A DNA stretch of 64,000 bases, taken from an uncultured Alphaproteobacteria bacterium (lineage in GTDB: Bacteria > Pseudomonadota > Alphaproteobacteria > HIMB59 > GCA-002718135). The notes beneath the pieces are model-generated. The model ran no database searches. It had not been told where the DNA came from and saw only the letters and a program-made list of their open reading frames with translations. Shown here piece after piece: positions 62,202 through 64,000 of this stretch; within the stretch, counting starts at the first letter, position 1, and each line of letters starts with the position of its first letter. The DNA is taken from positions 1,957 to 65,956 of the forward strand of contig CACJEE010000004.1 in the NCBI GenBank assembly GCA_902592345.1. Reading direction: 5' to 3'. A program made the translations under genes and the position numbers.

Positions 62202-62651
62202 TTATAATTGATCAAGATTATTTATCTTTTCAACTTTTTTAGCTGATCCACCACCTTGAAATTCATTCGAAAGCCAAATATCAACTAGTTTTTTTGCTAC
62301 CTCTGGACCAGTTATTAGAGTGCCCATTGTAACTACTTGGGCATTATTAGAGGCAATTGCTCTTTCCGCTGTATAAGGGTCATTTATACAAACTGCTCTT
62401 ACTCCTTTAACTTTATTGGCAACTATAGCCATTCCAGCTCCAGTTCCACAAAAGAGAATACCTCTCTGAAATTTTGAACTCGCAATCTCTTTGGCTAATT
62501 TTTCCCCTATATCAGGATAATCTATCGGATTATTTTCATTAACTCCAATATCTTCAACTTCGTAATTATTATTCATCAAATGTTCTTTAATTGAATTTTT
62601 TAATGGAAGACCTAAATGATCAGCACCTAAAATTACTTTTATTTTGTTCAT
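62202..62651 (-). CDS. RpiB/LacAB family sugar-phosphate isomerase (possibly D-erythrulose-4-P isomerase, EryI/DerI-type)
   Basis: GADH, DYP, CGTGAG, ANKV.G.RA, SNNAQV; specificity inferred from neighbours. Confidence 0.85.
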   Translation of the reverse strand: MNKIKVILGADHLGLPLKNSIKEHLMNNNYEVEDIGVNENNPIDYPDIGEKLAKEIASSKFQRGILFCGTGAGMAIVANKVKGVRAVCINDPYTAERAIASNNAQVVTMGTLITGPEVAKKLVDIWLSNEFQGGGSAKKVEKINNLDQL

Positions 62652-62708
62652 TGAAATTTATTATACATTATTATTGATATTTTGAATAAAAAAATGTTTA
62701 ATGTAGAT

Positions 62709-63707
62709 ATGGCTTTTAAAAAAATTATTAATGATCCCTATCAAGTTGTTGATGAAATGGTTGAGGGTATAGTTCTTGCTCACAGTGGTTTGTTAAAATT
62801 TGCAAATAATAACAAAAGAGCAGTTGTTAGAAAAGATGCACCTATAAAAGACAAAGTTGGCGTATTGATTGGTGGAGGCTCAGGTCATGAACCTGCATTT
62901 TTAGGATATGTAGGAAAAGGTTTAGCTGATGGAGCAGCAATTGGAAATGTTTTTGCATCACCTTCACCAGACCCTATTGTTGATGCAACAAAAGCGATAA
63001 ATGGAGGAAAGGGAGTTGTCTACATGTATGGTAATTACGCAGGTGATATAATGAATTTTGATATGGCTGCAGAAATGTGCCAGATGGAAGACATACCTGT
63101 TAAGACCGTTTTAGTTACTGATGATATAGCTTCATCACCACTCGAAAAAAAATCTGAAAGAAGAGGCGTTGCAGGAGATTTTTATGTATTCAAAATTGCT
63201 GGCGCTGCTGCTGATATGGGAATGGAATTAGATGATGTATGTCGTCTAGCTGAAAAAGCAAATGATATGACTATATCTATGGGAGTTGCATTAGGTCCAT
63301 GCTCTCTGCCACATACATTAGAGCCTAGTTTTGTATTAGAAGATAATGAAATGGAAATAGGTCTAGGAATTCATGGTGAAGCAGGTGTTAGGAAGGGTCC
63401 ACTACAGTCAGCTGATGAAATCACTACTGAATTAATGGATAAAATACTTAATGAAATGGATGGATCAAAAAAAGTTAGTGTTTTAGTCAATGGTTTAGGT
63501 TCCACACCACTTATGGAACTTTATATTATGTACCGAAAAACTTATGAAATATTAAAGAAAAACCAAATTGAAATACATTCATCATTTGTTGGTGAATATG
63601 TTACATCTTTAGAAATGAACGGAGCATCTATAACATTAATGAAGTTAGATGATGAGTTGCAACCATTATTAGAGCGTGAAACTTTATGCTCTATGTTTAG
63701 AGTTTAG
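62709..63707 (+). CDS. Dihydroxyacetone kinase DhaK-type subunit (possibly tetrulose kinase)
   Basis: GGGSGHEP, GNVFASP, NYAGD.MNF, GIHGE.G; no DhaL domain. Confidence 0.88.
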   Translation: MAFKKIINDPYQVVDEMVEGIVLAHSGLLKFANNNKRAVVRKDAPIKDKVGVLIGGGSGHEPAFLGYVGKGLADGAAIGNVFASPSPDPIVDATKAINGGKGVVYMYGNYAGDIMNFDMAAEMCQMEDIPVKTVLVTDDIASSPLEKKSERRGVAGDFYVFKIAGAAADMGMELDDVCRLAEKANDMTISMGVALGPCSLPHTLEPSFVLEDNEMEIGLGIHGEAGVRKGPLQSADEITTELMDKILNEMDGSKKVSVLVNGLGSTPLMELYIMYRKTYEILKKNQIEIHSSFVGEYVTSLEMNGASITLMKLDDELQPLLERETLCSMFRV

Positions 63708-63715
63708 TATAATTT

Positions 63716-64000
63716 ATGAAGTGGATTGGCACTAGTTGGAAAATGAATAATGATATTAGGCAAACCCAGCAGTATATTAACACTCTAGTAAAAAATAAAA
63801 GATATCTTAAAAAAAAAAGTTTAAATTTTTTATAATACCCCCTTACACATCTTTAACTTCATTTCAAAAATATTTAAGAGATTTACCAATCATACTTGGG
63901 GCACAAAATATTCATCATCAAGATTCCGGACCCTTTACAGGTGAAGTATCTGCTTCTATGGTCAAGTCTTGCGGTTGTAAAATAGTAGAAATCGGTCATG
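63716..64000 (+). pseudogene. Triosephosphate-isomerase-family gene of EryH/LerI type, frameshifted near 63809-63833 and truncated at window edge
   Basis: MKWIGTSWKMN... meets TAA at 63833-63835; the -1 frame continues FFIIPPYT...GAQN...GPFTGEVS..M......VEIGH. Confidence 0.75.

Noticed and set aside
1-64000. CRISPR arrays, IS elements, prophage, defence systems, rRNA
   Set aside because: I saw no spaced repeats, transposase, integrase, phage or cas genes, or rRNA-like sequence; nearly all of the window is explained by the listed genes

Overview
This is a very AT-rich, gene-dense chromosomal segment of a streamlined alphaproteobacterium. The SAM-V and tandem glycine riboswitches, the alpha-type LexA box and the pcm-tolC-popZ-valS and erpA/dgt-argS-SPOR-scpAB-tatABC-serS-pcm syntenies suggest a marine SAR11/HIMB59-like lineage (inference). 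It holds about 62 CDS: aapJQMP, umuDC, valS/argS/serS, ilvD, tat, gcvTHP, a sulfur amino-acid set (metC, cysE, cysK-like, cystathionine gamma-lyase-like, metY) and a rare-sugar/tetrose catabolic cluster at the right end. It also holds tRNA-Asn, tRNA-Cys and two riboswitches. I found no CRISPR, IS or prophage. The best novelty candidates are: (1) an unannotated ~115-nt four-hairpin RNA (31430-31543) with its own promoter and terminator, whose third hairpin carries GGGAGGAAA, possibly an RBS-mimic or sRNA sponge; (2) a four-gene operon in which a fold-type IV 'aminotransferase' lacking the canonical PLP lysine and glutamate is coupled to a sulfotransferase-like protein, a hydratase and a CxxC protein; (3) a 92-aa mini-PopZ; (4) a cysE-cysK-like-gamma-lyase operon that may convert Met to Cys, with an odd TFGNT loop; (5) dual SAM-V and Lrp-box control of metY; (6) a frameshifted eryH/lerI-type isomerase at a homopolymer tract. 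All calls come from reading motifs by eye; no searches were run.
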